Positions 37,207 to 46,406 of a stretch of DNA of 64,000 nt are shown here, piece by piece. The position numbers were made by a program, and so were the translations under genes. Below the pieces are notes generated by a model. That model was given only the letters and a program-made list of their open reading frames with translations, ran no database searches and was not told the origin of the DNA. The stretch comes from Candidatus Omnitrophota bacterium (GTDB lineage: Bacteria; Omnitrophota; Gorgyraeia; Zapsychrales; Zapsychraceae): positions 3,338 to 67,337 of the forward strand of contig JAGQKV010000008.1 of the NCBI GenBank assembly GCA_020429915.1, read 5' to 3'. The first letter of the stretch is position 1, and each line of letters starts with the position of its first letter.

Positions 37207-38319
37207 TTACCTTCCGAAATTATATTCGATGACAATCAGGCCGATGCCCAGAAACAGCGCCGGCGGGAGCCAGGCGGCCATCGGCGGGGGCAAGAGACCG
37301 CCTTTGCCGAAGGCGAAAAAGACGGCGGTCAGGACGTAGTAGGCAAACGATACGGCCATGGCGATAAAGACCGAAAAGAAGGTCATGCCTTTGCGGCTCT
37401 TGGTCATCAGAGCGAAGGGCAGGCCGAGGAAAATGACCACGAAATTCTGCCACGGGAAGGCCATCTTTTGATGCAGATCGACCCGCAGGTTGTTGATCGC
37501 GCGGGTGGCACCGCTCGAGGAAAAACGGTCGATGTATTCACTGAGTTCCCGCATGTTCATCGAGGACACCTTCACCCGCTGACGTAAAAAGTCTTCGGGA
37601 TCTTCCTTAATATCCATCAACTTTTCTTTATAGACCTTGACCTTGAGCGGCTGGGATATGCCGGCCTCGCCGTAGGTGGTGATGTTGCAGGTGTAGAATT
37701 TCCAGACCGGATTCGCCCATTTGCCTTCCAGAGCGACAATCTTTTGCCGGATGCGGGCGTTGTCATCATATTCAATGATGGTGATCCCGAACAGCTCGTT
37801 GGTGCTGGGATTCATGCGGCTGACGTAAAACAATCGGTTGTTCAGACCGTAGAAGGTAAGGTTTTTTACGCTTTCCTGTTTGCGGCGGCGTACGTCCGAC
37901 TCGATCATCATATTTTCCTGTTTGATTTCACGGGTCGTCTGGTAGGATTCGGGCACGAAGCGCTCATTGATCCAGAAGACCAGCATCGAGATCATCAGTC
38001 CGAAGCACAGGGCCGGGCGGGTAATTTGCCAAAAGCTCAGACCGCTCGCCCGCATCGCGATCAATTCGTTCGAATTCGTCATCCCGCCGAACGCGACCAT
38101 GACCGAAATCAGGCAGGCGATATAAGACGTTTCGACCAGGATCATCGGGATGTACGCCAGATAATAGCGGAGGATGATTTGTATCGAGACTTCATGCTCG
38201 ATAAATTCGTCCAACTTACTGGTGCTGTCGATCAGGATGAACAACAGCGTGAAGATGATGAACATCAGGGCGAAGTTCCGCAGGATCGATTTCAGGATGT
38301 AGGATTCTAGGATACGCAT
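37207..38319 (-). CDS. LptF/LptG family permease (YjgP/YjgQ)
   Basis: Start at MRILESYILKSILRNF, as in the paralog. Six transmembrane helices with a large periplasmic loop. 13-nt overlap with the upstream paralog. Confidence 0.7.
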   Translation of the reverse strand: MRILESYILKSILRNFALMFIIFTLLFILIDSTSKLDEFIEHEVSIQIILRYYLAYIPMILVETSYIACLISVMVAFGGMTNSNELIAMRASGLSFWQITRPALCFGLMISMLVFWINERFVPESYQTTREIKQENMMIESDVRRRKQESVKNLTFYGLNNRLFYVSRMNPSTNELFGITIIEYDDNARIRQKIVALEGKWANPVWKFYTCNITTYGEAGISQPLKVKVYKEKLMDIKEDPEDFLRQRVKVSSMNMRELSEYIDRFSSSGATRAINNLRVDLHQKMAFPWQNFVVIFLGLPFALMTKSRKGMTFFSVFIAMAVSFAYYVLTAVFFAFGKGGLLPPPMAAWLPPALFLGIGLIVIEYNFGR

Positions 38320-39392
38320 CGGTAATTCAGGATCAAGGCGGCCAAACCGGCCACGATATCCGGCATCCACATGATCCATGCCGGGTCCATGCCTCCCTTG
38401 GATGCGAGCGCCTCGCAGCCGAGGGTCAGTAAATAATAAATCACCACACACATCACGGCCAGCAGAATATTGGCCGACTTTTCCCGCCGGTGAGTGATTA
38501 CCGCGATCGGAAATCCGAGCACCATAAAGAAGAAGGGGGCAAAGGACCAGGTGATCTTTCTGTAGAACTCGGTCCGGATCCGGGAGTCTTCGATCATCAA
38601 TCGTTCCAGCCGTTCCTGCTCGGCCCGAAGCTCCTTGAGCGACATGCTTTTGGGTTTCTTTTTGATTTTATCGTCTTTCTTGGAGAAATCCAGCGTCATG
38701 AAGTAAGTGTCAAAGTTGAGCTTGTAAAAGCTGTTGGAATTCTCGCCGCCCGGCTCGTCACTGGTCCCGTCGATCAACTTGAGCTTGATCTTGTCGGTTC
38801 CGGGGATCGGTGTGAATTCGCCCTGCCGCGCGATAATTGTTCGCGTCGGACCGTCCTCCTGCGGTTGGTAGATGGTGATATTGTAAAACTTGTTACCGTC
38901 GATCTTATGGATGAAGAGGATCTGTCCCTCAAAGGCATCCACGAACATGCCGGGTTCCAACAGGGCCGTAGGATTCTTGACCCCCAGCTGTTTGAGCAGG
39001 ACCCGCTGTCGGTGATGCGCGTGCGGAACGATCCGGTCGTTAAAGATAAAGGCCACCAGGCTCATGAGCACCCCCAAGACGCAGATGGCAAAGAGGATCC
39101 GTCCCAGATGCACACCGCTGGCGCGAATGGCGATAATTTCATTGTCCGCCGACATGCGGCTGAAGGCGATGATGATGCTGATCATGCAGGCGATCGGCAG
39201 GGTGTAGCCGACCAGCATCGGAATATACCAGAGAAAGGCCTCGCCGATCGTGGAGAGGGCCACGCCTTTATTGATGACGAGATTGGTCAACCGGACGAGG
39301 CTGCCCAGCAGGAACACGCTGTTGAGCAGCAACATGGAGACGATAAAGGGGACCAGGCACTCTTTGAGGATATAATTTCTCAGAATTCTCAT
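38307..39392 (-). CDS. LptF/LptG family permease (YjgP/YjgQ)
   Basis: MRILRNYILKECLVPFIVSMLLL N-terminus typical of LptF/LptG. Confidence 0.7.
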   Translation of the reverse strand: MRILRNYILKECLVPFIVSMLLLNSVFLLGSLVRLTNLVINKGVALSTIGEAFLWYIPMLVGYTLPIACMISIIIAFSRMSADNEIIAIRASGVHLGRILFAICVLGVLMSLVAFIFNDRIVPHAHHRQRVLLKQLGVKNPTALLEPGMFVDAFEGQILFIHKIDGNKFYNITIYQPQEDGPTRTIIARQGEFTPIPGTDKIKLKLIDGTSDEPGGENSNSFYKLNFDTYFMTLDFSKKDDKIKKKPKSMSLKELRAEQERLERLMIEDSRIRTEFYRKITWSFAPFFFMVLGFPIAVITHRREKSANILLAVMCVVIYYLLTLGCEALASKGGMDPAWIMWMPDIVAGLAALILNYRCVS

Positions 39393-39406
39393 CGGATCGG
39401 ACAGCC

Positions 39407-40132
39407 TCAGGCTATGGCAAGGGTTAAGACGGCAACGGTACCAGCTCCGGCTGATTTGGCGGCGTGCGCGGCGGAGGCGGCCGTGGCTCCGGTTGTCAGC
39501 AGATCGTCGATGATCAGAATGTTTGCCCCGGAAATTCTTTCGGAAGGATTTATTCTAAAAGCCCCCCTGACATTTGTAAAGCGTTCTTTTCGGCCCAGAC
39601 TGGACTGGGGTGCGGTCATACGTGATTTCACAATAACTTTGCGCCACAAGGGTTTACCGAAGCGGCGGGCCAAAGGCTCAGCCAGGAGCAGTGCCTGGTT
39701 GTAGCCGCGTTCCCGCTGCCGGGCCGGAGCCAGCGGCATGGGGACGACGGCGTCAAACTGGTCGATGTCGAGATTGTAGTGCGCCGCATAGTCCAGCATG
39801 CGTGCGACAAAGGCGTGCCTCAGGTAGGTCCGTTGCCGGAATTTAAACTGGTGCAGCAGGCCGCGTACATACGGGGTAAAGCGGCAGGCCCCCCAGGCAA
39901 AATCGAAGGCCGGCGGCTGCTCGCGGCAATGGCGGCAGCGGGGCGGAGGATAGGTTTCATCCTGATGGCGGCCGCATGTCACACAAAAGGGCGGATTGTT
40001 CAACGGGATGCGACGGATACAGTCCGGGCACAGCCCGGCGAACGGGCGGTCGTCGAGGGGGGATGAGCGGCATTGGATACATAACGGGGGATAAACCAGG
40101 TCCTGAAATCCGTGTAACAGCGACCTGAGCAT
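39407..40132 (-). CDS. comF: ComF family protein (double zinc ribbon plus phosphoribosyltransferase domain)
   Basis: N-terminal Cys clusters (CIQC...CPDC...CVTCGRH). C-terminal PRTase motif ILIIDDLLTTGATA. Confidence 0.7.
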   Translation of the reverse strand: MLRSLLHGFQDLVYPPLCIQCRSSPLDDRPFAGLCPDCIRRIPLNNPPFCVTCGRHQDETYPPPRCRHCREQPPAFDFAWGACRFTPYVRGLLHQFKFRQRTYLRHAFVARMLDYAAHYNLDIDQFDAVVPMPLAPARQRERGYNQALLLAEPLARRFGKPLWRKVIVKSRMTAPQSSLGRKERFTNVRGAFRINPSERISGANILIIDDLLTTGATAASAAHAAKSAGAGTVAVLTLAIA

Positions 40133-40188
40133 GGCGGTATTCTAGCATCCGTCCCCGGGGGTGTCAAAGTTTCCGGATCAATGATTGC

Positions 40189-40217
40189 TTGAACAGCCCA
40201 AATCTTACCGATATAAT
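40189..40217 (+). promoter_or_regulatory. sigma70-type promoter: TTGAAC (40189-40194), 17-nt spacer, TATAAT (40212-40217)
   Basis: Read directly. Followed by RBS AAAGGA and the ATG at 40239. Confidence 0.5.
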
Positions 40218-40238
40218 AGCATCCAACAAAGGATCTTT

Positions 40239-40547
40239 ATGAAACGAATGGCAGTACTCCTGTTATTGCTCCTGTGCTGGACCGGCCCGTGCGAGGCGTT
40301 CCTGTATAATCTCAGGATGCTCTCGGAAGTGGAAGTCAGTGCCTTGTCGGACGAGGATCTGAAGAGCACGTTTCTCGAGGCCAAAATTGAAGAGAAAGCC
40401 AGCGCTGAATTTCATCGGGGGGCGGGGTTTTCCAACGCCAAAGAATACGAAAAACGCAAGCAGCTGCTGCGCTTCATTATTTATCTCCACCGGGAGATGG
40501 ACAAACGCGGCATTACCCCGGATCCTATCGACAGCTGGTTGAAGTGA
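40239..40547 (+). CDS. small secreted hypothetical protein
   Basis: Signal peptide MKRMAVLLLLLLCWTGPCEA. Confidence 0.5.
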   Translation: MKRMAVLLLLLLCWTGPCEAFLYNLRMLSEVEVSALSDEDLKSTFLEAKIEEKASAEFHRGAGFSNAKEYEKRKQLLRFIIYLHREMDKRGITPDPIDSWLK

Positions 40548-40721
40548 CCTGCACCAGAGTAATCAGGATGTATTAACAGACCATGCCCTCCGGGACATGG
40601 TCGTACCGTTGAACCTTCACCGCAACCCGGACCGGCATCGATCCTGCCCGACCTGTGGATGCCACCTGCATGAACGGGGCCACTTCTGTCCGGAAATCAA
40701 TCCCAGAAAGGACGGTCACCT

Positions 40722-41291
40722 GTGATGACGCAAGATGCGACCCTCGCAGAGGAGCGACAACAACTCCTCGATCTTATTACCAACGAAGCCTACTTCCGTA
40801 AGAAAATCACGCTGTCCAGCGGCAAGGAGAGCGACTATTACATCGATGCCCGGCTGATTACCCTGCAACCGCTGGGGGCGTATCTCTGCGCCCGCCAGAT
40901 GCTGGACATCATCGGTGACGAACGGCTGGATGCCATCGGCGGACCGACCCTCGGGGCTGATCCGCTCATCGGGGCGATCGGGGTGGTCAGCCTGCAACAG
41001 CAACGTCCGGTGCCGAATTTTATAATCCGTAAAGAAGCCAAGGCGCACGGCATGGGCAAACAGATTGAAGGCCCCGTGTTGTCATCAGGCGATCGGGTGG
41101 TCGTCATTGACGACGTAGCCACTACGGGCAAGGCCTTCCTGCATTCTCTGGACGTGCTGCAGGCCATGGATGTCGAGGTGGTCAAATGCGTTTGCGTCGT
41201 CGACCGTGAGGAGGGTGCCGCCGAGGCTGTGGCGGCGAAAGGCTCCACGCTGGCGGCGATCTTCCGCGCCTCGGAAATTCATAAACCCTGA
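40722..41291 (+). CDS. pyrE: orotate phosphoribosyltransferase
   Basis: PRTase motif VVVIDDVATTGKA. SGKESDYYID N-terminal region typical of PyrE. Confidence 0.8.
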   Translation: MMTQDATLAEERQQLLDLITNEAYFRKKITLSSGKESDYYIDARLITLQPLGAYLCARQMLDIIGDERLDAIGGPTLGADPLIGAIGVVSLQQQRPVPNFIIRKEAKAHGMGKQIEGPVLSSGDRVVVIDDVATTGKAFLHSLDVLQAMDVEVVKCVCVVDREEGAAEAVAAKGSTLAAIFRASEIHKP

Positions 41292-41311
41292 TCCCGGAGA
41301 ACTCAGCCCCG

Positions 41312-42646
41312 ATGAAGAAAGTCATCCTCGCATCCGGCTCGGCCCAGCGTAAGAATCTCATGCAAGTGACGGGCATTCCCTTTGAAGTGCGGCCCAGTGC
41401 CGCTCCTGAAGCGGATGCCATCACCACGACCTGCGATGATTTGGTTAAACACAACGCCCTGGTTAAAGCGCGGGATATCGCGGCCGGGATCGACAGCGGC
41501 GTGGTGATCGGTGCTGACACGGTGGTGTATCTCGGAGACAACCGTCTGGTGCTCAAACCGAAGGACTTGCAGGAGGCCAAGGAGAAACTGCAGGAGCTGA
41601 TGGCGTCGCCGCAGTGGGTGTACACCGGTGTGGCGGTTATCGACGTCGAGACCGGCACGGAACAGTGTGAGGTCGAGAAGACCAAGGTCTACATGGACCC
41701 GCTCACCGATGCGGAGATCGACCGGTATCATCAGCGTGTCCCGCCGCTCGACAAGGCCGGCGGGTTTGATATCGAAGGTTTGGGCAGTCTGTTCATTCAT
41801 CGTATCGAAGGCTGCTATACCAATGTGATCGGACTGCCGATGGCCCGGCTGCGGGTGATGCTCAAAAACGCCGGTATCACACTGATCGGACTGGTGATGA
41901 TGTTGTCGGTCGGCGGCTGCACCACCGAATACAATGTGGCTACCCGCAAGCAGGAATACTATCTGCACTCCACCGATAAGGAAGTCAATATCGGACAGCG
42001 GGTGGCGGCTCAGATCGAAAAAAACTTCGATATGGTCGAGGGTGTCGAAGAAAACCGGCGCGTCCAGGAGATCCTCGACAAATTGGTCGCCGTGTGCGAC
42101 CGGAAGGATATCGTCTATTCCATCCGTATCATCGACCGCGAAGATATTAATGCCACCGCGCTGCCCGGCGGGTTTATCTTCCTATTTAAGGGGGTTTTGG
42201 ATTACGCTACCTCCGACGATCAGGTCGCGGGCGTGATCGCTCACGAAATCGGTCATATCACGGCAAAGCATGGTTTGAAGAGGATGCAGGCTTCTTACGG
42301 CGCCTTGTTGCTGCAGATCGCCGCGTTGGAAGCCAACGGCAATGTGGCCGGCGGGGTCAATCTCGCCACGACATCGCTGTTCATGGAATATTCGCAGGAC
42401 CATGAATTGGAGGCCGACGAACTTGGCATCAAATATATGAAAAAGGCCGGTTACGATCCCCAGGAAATGATCGGTTTTCTGGAGACCATGGGAGAAGAAA
42501 CGGACAAGGAAATCCGGCGCTTTTCCTACTGGCGGACTCACCCCCACATTCCCGAACGCATCGCCAATATCAGCCGGTTGATCAAGGGACAAATGGATTT
42601 CCGGGATTACATCAGACTTATAGACAGGGTCCATGACGACTACTAG
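41312..42646 (+). CDS. maf: in-frame Maf-like NTP pyrophosphatase domain, TM or lipoprotein-signal segment, and M48 (HExxH) metallopeptidase domain. Either a fusion or two genes with an internal start near 41860
   Basis: N-terminus MKKVILASGSAQRKNLM...(Maf). Internal MLKNAGITLIGLVMMLSVGGC signal or lipobox-like segment. Then HEIGH, as in BepA/YfgC-type M48 peptidases. No stop codon separates the parts. Confidence 0.55.
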   Translation: MKKVILASGSAQRKNLMQVTGIPFEVRPSAAPEADAITTTCDDLVKHNALVKARDIAAGIDSGVVIGADTVVYLGDNRLVLKPKDLQEAKEKLQELMASPQWVYTGVAVIDVETGTEQCEVEKTKVYMDPLTDAEIDRYHQRVPPLDKAGGFDIEGLGSLFIHRIEGCYTNVIGLPMARLRVMLKNAGITLIGLVMMLSVGGCTTEYNVATRKQEYYLHSTDKEVNIGQRVAAQIEKNFDMVEGVEENRRVQEILDKLVAVCDRKDIVYSIRIIDREDINATALPGGFIFLFKGVLDYATSDDQVAGVIAHEIGHITAKHGLKRMQASYGALLLQIAALEANGNVAGGVNLATTSLFMEYSQDHELEADELGIKYMKKAGYDPQEMIGFLETMGEETDKEIRRFSYWRTHPHIPERIANISRLIKGQMDFRDYIRLIDRVHDDY

Positions 42647-43085
42647 AAAAATGATAGTCTTTCTCGCCGTCCTGGTCATGACGGCTTGCGCGGGATCGCC
42701 GGCCGACGACCGGGTATGCTTTGACGGGACCTGTTTTCAGGTGGAGGTAGCGACGACCGAGGCCCAGCGCACGCAGGGGCTGATGCACCGGGCGGCGTTG
42801 CCGGCGGATACCGGGATGCTTTTTATCTTCGGTGCCGAGCGACCGTATTCGTTCTGGATGAAGAACTGTTTGATCTCTCTGGATATTATCTGGATGGATT
42901 ACTCGCGGCGGATTGTCCATATTGAACAGGATGTCCCGCCTTGTCAGGAGGAACCCTGCCCGAGCTACCGGCCGGCCGGCAGCGCCTTGTATGTCCTGGA
43001 AGTCAACGCGGGCACAACCGCGCAACTGGGTATTGCCGTCGGAGATCTGGCCGAATTCCGTCTGAAATCACTGTCTACACCATGA
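42633..43085 (+). CDS. DUF192 family lipoprotein
   Basis: Lipobox MTAC. DUF192-like core (MLFIFGAERPYSFWMKNCLISLDIIWMD). Confidence 0.55.
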   Translation: MTTTRKMIVFLAVLVMTACAGSPADDRVCFDGTCFQVEVATTEAQRTQGLMHRAALPADTGMLFIFGAERPYSFWMKNCLISLDIIWMDYSRRIVHIEQDVPPCQEEPCPSYRPAGSALYVLEVNAGTTAQLGIAVGDLAEFRLKSLSTP

Positions 43086-44716
43086 AGATATCGCAACGGA
43101 TAACATTACTGGTCGTCTTTCTGGTCATCGGAATGATCGTCAATACCTTTACCGGCTTGAGCCAGTTGAAGAAGGTCGGTAATGAATTTCGGCAGGTGGC
43201 GGAAGGGGACATGGCGATTACGGAGATTGTGACCGCCGTCGCGCAGCATCAACTGGAAAAGGCCATTCTGTTTGAGCGCCTGCAGCGGGTGGCGGAAGAG
43301 ATCGCCTTTGAGACCATCACCCCGGCCCGTAAACTCCATCTCTTTGATCATATCGAGGTGACCAAGCGCGGATTCGACTATCTTTCTCAAAAAGTCGGCC
43401 GGTTGATTATCGAAGGACGTAATCTGATTTCCGACTTGCTGCAAAAGGATTTTCCGGAGCGCAAGCAATCAGAATTGTTGAAAGTGCAGCAGAATCTCGA
43501 GGCCATCGAGAAGGCGCACATCAGTTACGACAAGTCCGTCGCCGAGATGATCGAGCGTGTCAAATCGGAGAAGTTGCAAATCTCCTTTGAGGACTTGTCG
43601 ACTTTGAGGCGGGATGAATTGCGGTTGTCCAAGGCGATTAAGGAACTTTTAACGCAGGTCCAGGGATTCACACGCAACTCGGTCAGCAAGGCCAAGGAGG
43701 CCGAGAATGTGGCCGCCGAAATCCTGATCTACACCCTGATGTTCACCATCATGATCGGTGCGATCGTAGCGGGCTATCTTATTGTCAGTATCTCCCGGCC
43801 GTTGAAGCGCCTTGTCAACGCGGCCAACGCAATCGGTTCCGGACAGCTCGATATTAAGGTCGCTACCTCAGGGAATGTTGAGATCGACGAGGTATCCACG
43901 GCTTTCAATACGATGACCGAACAGTTGTCGGCCGCCCAGACGGAACTGGAAAAGAAGAATCAGGCCTTGGCCAGCAATCTTAAGCTGGTTGAAGAGCAGA
44001 AACATGACCTGGAAAAAGTCAATCGTGAGCTCGACAACTTCGTCGGCACGGTGAGTCATGACATCCGTTCCCCGTTGACCGGGATCAGCGGTTATGCCAC
44101 GATTCTCGATAATCAGTATCACGACAGTTTCGACAAGCGCGGGCAGCGCTGCCTGACCGGGATTAAAAACGGCATCGAACGAATGAACAACATGATTATC
44201 GACCTGCTGGAATTGACAAAGATATCGCGGGTGCGGAATCCTTATGAGGAAACGGATATGGACAATCTCATCGATTCCATTATCGCCCGTCTGGAGTACC
44301 GGATCGCCGAGAAAAACGTCGAGGTTAATATACAGGACAGTATGCCGACCGTTTTTTGCGACCGGATCAAGATCGGCGAAGTTTTCCACAATTTGATCAG
44401 CAACGCGTTGAAGTTTTCTTCCAAAGTCGACCGACCGCCGGTGATCGATATCGGTTTTCATGAAAACAAGGAGGATTACGAATTCTGGGTCAAAGACAAC
44501 GGCATCGGGATCGCTCCGGAGGACCAGGACAAAGTCTTCGGGATCTTTAAACGGTTGGAAAGCGCCAAAGAATATGAAGGAACCGGTGCGGGTCTCAGCA
44601 TCGTAAAGGGAATCATTGAGGAGCACAAGGGAAGAATCTGGATCAATTCGGAATTGGAGAAGTACACCGCGTTTCACTTTACCGTTTCCAAACATTTGGT
44701 CAACGAAAGTCGTTAG
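43082..44716 (+). CDS. sensor histidine kinase (TM - HAMP - coiled coil - HisKA - HATPase)
   Basis: Start at MKISQRITLLVVFL, overlapping the upstream stop (ATGA). H-box VSHDIRSPLT. G-boxes GIGI and GTGAGLSI. Confidence 0.7.
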   Translation: MKISQRITLLVVFLVIGMIVNTFTGLSQLKKVGNEFRQVAEGDMAITEIVTAVAQHQLEKAILFERLQRVAEEIAFETITPARKLHLFDHIEVTKRGFDYLSQKVGRLIIEGRNLISDLLQKDFPERKQSELLKVQQNLEAIEKAHISYDKSVAEMIERVKSEKLQISFEDLSTLRRDELRLSKAIKELLTQVQGFTRNSVSKAKEAENVAAEILIYTLMFTIMIGAIVAGYLIVSISRPLKRLVNAANAIGSGQLDIKVATSGNVEIDEVSTAFNTMTEQLSAAQTELEKKNQALASNLKLVEEQKHDLEKVNRELDNFVGTVSHDIRSPLTGISGYATILDNQYHDSFDKRGQRCLTGIKNGIERMNNMIIDLLELTKISRVRNPYEETDMDNLIDSIIARLEYRIAEKNVEVNIQDSMPTVFCDRIKIGEVFHNLISNALKFSSKVDRPPVIDIGFHENKEDYEFWVKDNGIGIAPEDQDKVFGIFKRLESAKEYEGTGAGLSIVKGIIEEHKGRIWINSELEKYTAFHFTVSKHLVNESR

Positions 44717-44747
44717 CAGCTATGATTAACCAAAAGGAGAGTATCGA

Positions 44748-46391
44748 ATGAAAGCAGCAGATTTGTTTGTCAGAGCCCTGGAAAAGGAGGGCGTTGAATA
44801 TATATTTGGAATCCCCGGTGAAGAAAATCTGGATTTGCTTGAGGCCATACGAAAATCACGTATCAAACTGGTCATTACCCGTCACGAGCAGGCCGCAGGG
44901 TTTATGGCGGCCACGTACGGGCGTCTGACCGGCAAGGCCGGCGTTTGTCTGTCAACCCTGGGCCCCGGCGCCACTAATCTCGTGACCGCCGCGGCTTATG
45001 CGCAACTGGGCGCGATGCCGATGCTGATGATCACCGGACAAAAGCCGATCAAGACCTCCAAGCAAGGGCAGTTTCAGATTGTGGACGTGGTGGACATGAT
45101 GGGCCCGTTGACCAAGTTTACCAAACAGATTGTCGACGGGAATAATATCCCCTCACGCGTCCGCGAGGCCTTTCGTCTGGCCGAAGAGGAGCGCCCCGGC
45201 GCAGTCCATTTGGAACTGCCGGAGGACATTGCGATGGAGCAGACCAATGCCACGTTATTTTCCGAAAGTATTGTCCGCCGACCGGTCCCGGAGAAAAAGG
45301 TGATCCGCCATGCCGTAGAATTGATTGAGGAGGCCCGTTCACCGATCGTGTTAATCGGGGCCGGTGCCAATCGTAAATTGACCTCCCGGGTGCTGACCAA
45401 ATTTGTCGAGGAATTCGGAATCCCGTTTGTGTCTACACAGATGGGAAAAGGGGTTATCGACGAACGGTCGCCGCTTTATCTCGGCAATGCCGCGCTGTCG
45501 GATAATGATTACGTCCACTGCATGATCGATCGCGCCGATCTTATCATCAATGTCGGGCACGATGTCGTTGAGAAACCGCCCTTTTTTATGCATGCCGAGG
45601 ACAACCGTAAAGTGATCCATGTCAACTTTATGACCGCCTCGGTCGACCCCGTTTATTTCCCGCAGGTCGAGGTTGTCGGAGATATTGCCAGCAGCATTTC
45701 CCAAATCGGCAAGGGGTTGACCAAGCAGGCGCATTGGGATTTCGGCGCGATCATGCGCATGCGCAAGGCGGCGGAACAACACATCAAGGGGTCTTTCGAT
45801 GATCCCCGCTATCCGATCATACCGCAGCGCTTGGTGGCGGATATCCGTGAGGTGATGCCCGAAGATGGAATCATTGCGCTCGACAACGGTATCTACAAAA
45901 TATGGTTCGCCCGTAATTATCCGGCGTACAAGCCGAACACCGTGTTGCTCGACAACGCCCTGGCATCGATGGGGGCGGGGTTGCCGTCGGCAATGGCCGC
46001 CAGCATCGTGTTTCCCCAGCGGAGTGTCCTGGCCATCTGCGGAGACGGCGGGTTCATGATGAATTCCCAGGAAATGGAGACCGCGGTTCGATTGAATCTC
46101 AATATCAATGTCCTGATTCTGCGTGACGACGCCTATGGGATGATCAAATGGAAACAATCCGCGATGCGCTTCGACAGCTTCGGGTTGGATTTCGGCAATC
46201 CGGATTTTGTCAAGTATGCGCAAAGTTACGGGGCCCGCGGGCACCGCTTGGAAAAGACGGAGGATTTTACCGGGTTGCTTAAAAAATGTATGGATACCCC
46301 CGGCGTCGACCTGATCGACATCCCGGTGGACTATTCGGAAAACGAACGGGTGCTCATCAAGGAGTTGCTCGAGAAAACGTGCCAGTTATAA
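44748..46391 (+). CDS. acetolactate synthase-like thiamine-pyrophosphate enzyme
   Basis: TPP-enzyme N-terminal, central and C-terminal domains. GDGGF TPP-binding motif. Confidence 0.75.
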   Translation: MKAADLFVRALEKEGVEYIFGIPGEENLDLLEAIRKSRIKLVITRHEQAAGFMAATYGRLTGKAGVCLSTLGPGATNLVTAAAYAQLGAMPMLMITGQKPIKTSKQGQFQIVDVVDMMGPLTKFTKQIVDGNNIPSRVREAFRLAEEERPGAVHLELPEDIAMEQTNATLFSESIVRRPVPEKKVIRHAVELIEEARSPIVLIGAGANRKLTSRVLTKFVEEFGIPFVSTQMGKGVIDERSPLYLGNAALSDNDYVHCMIDRADLIINVGHDVVEKPPFFMHAEDNRKVIHVNFMTASVDPVYFPQVEVVGDIASSISQIGKGLTKQAHWDFGAIMRMRKAAEQHIKGSFDDPRYPIIPQRLVADIREVMPEDGIIALDNGIYKIWFARNYPAYKPNTVLLDNALASMGAGLPSAMAASIVFPQRSVLAICGDGGFMMNSQEMETAVRLNLNINVLILRDDAYGMIKWKQSAMRFDSFGLDFGNPDFVKYAQSYGARGHRLEKTEDFTGLLKKCMDTPGVDLIDIPVDYSENERVLIKELLEKTCQL

Positions 46392-46406
46392 GGAAGGCGG
46401 TGAACG

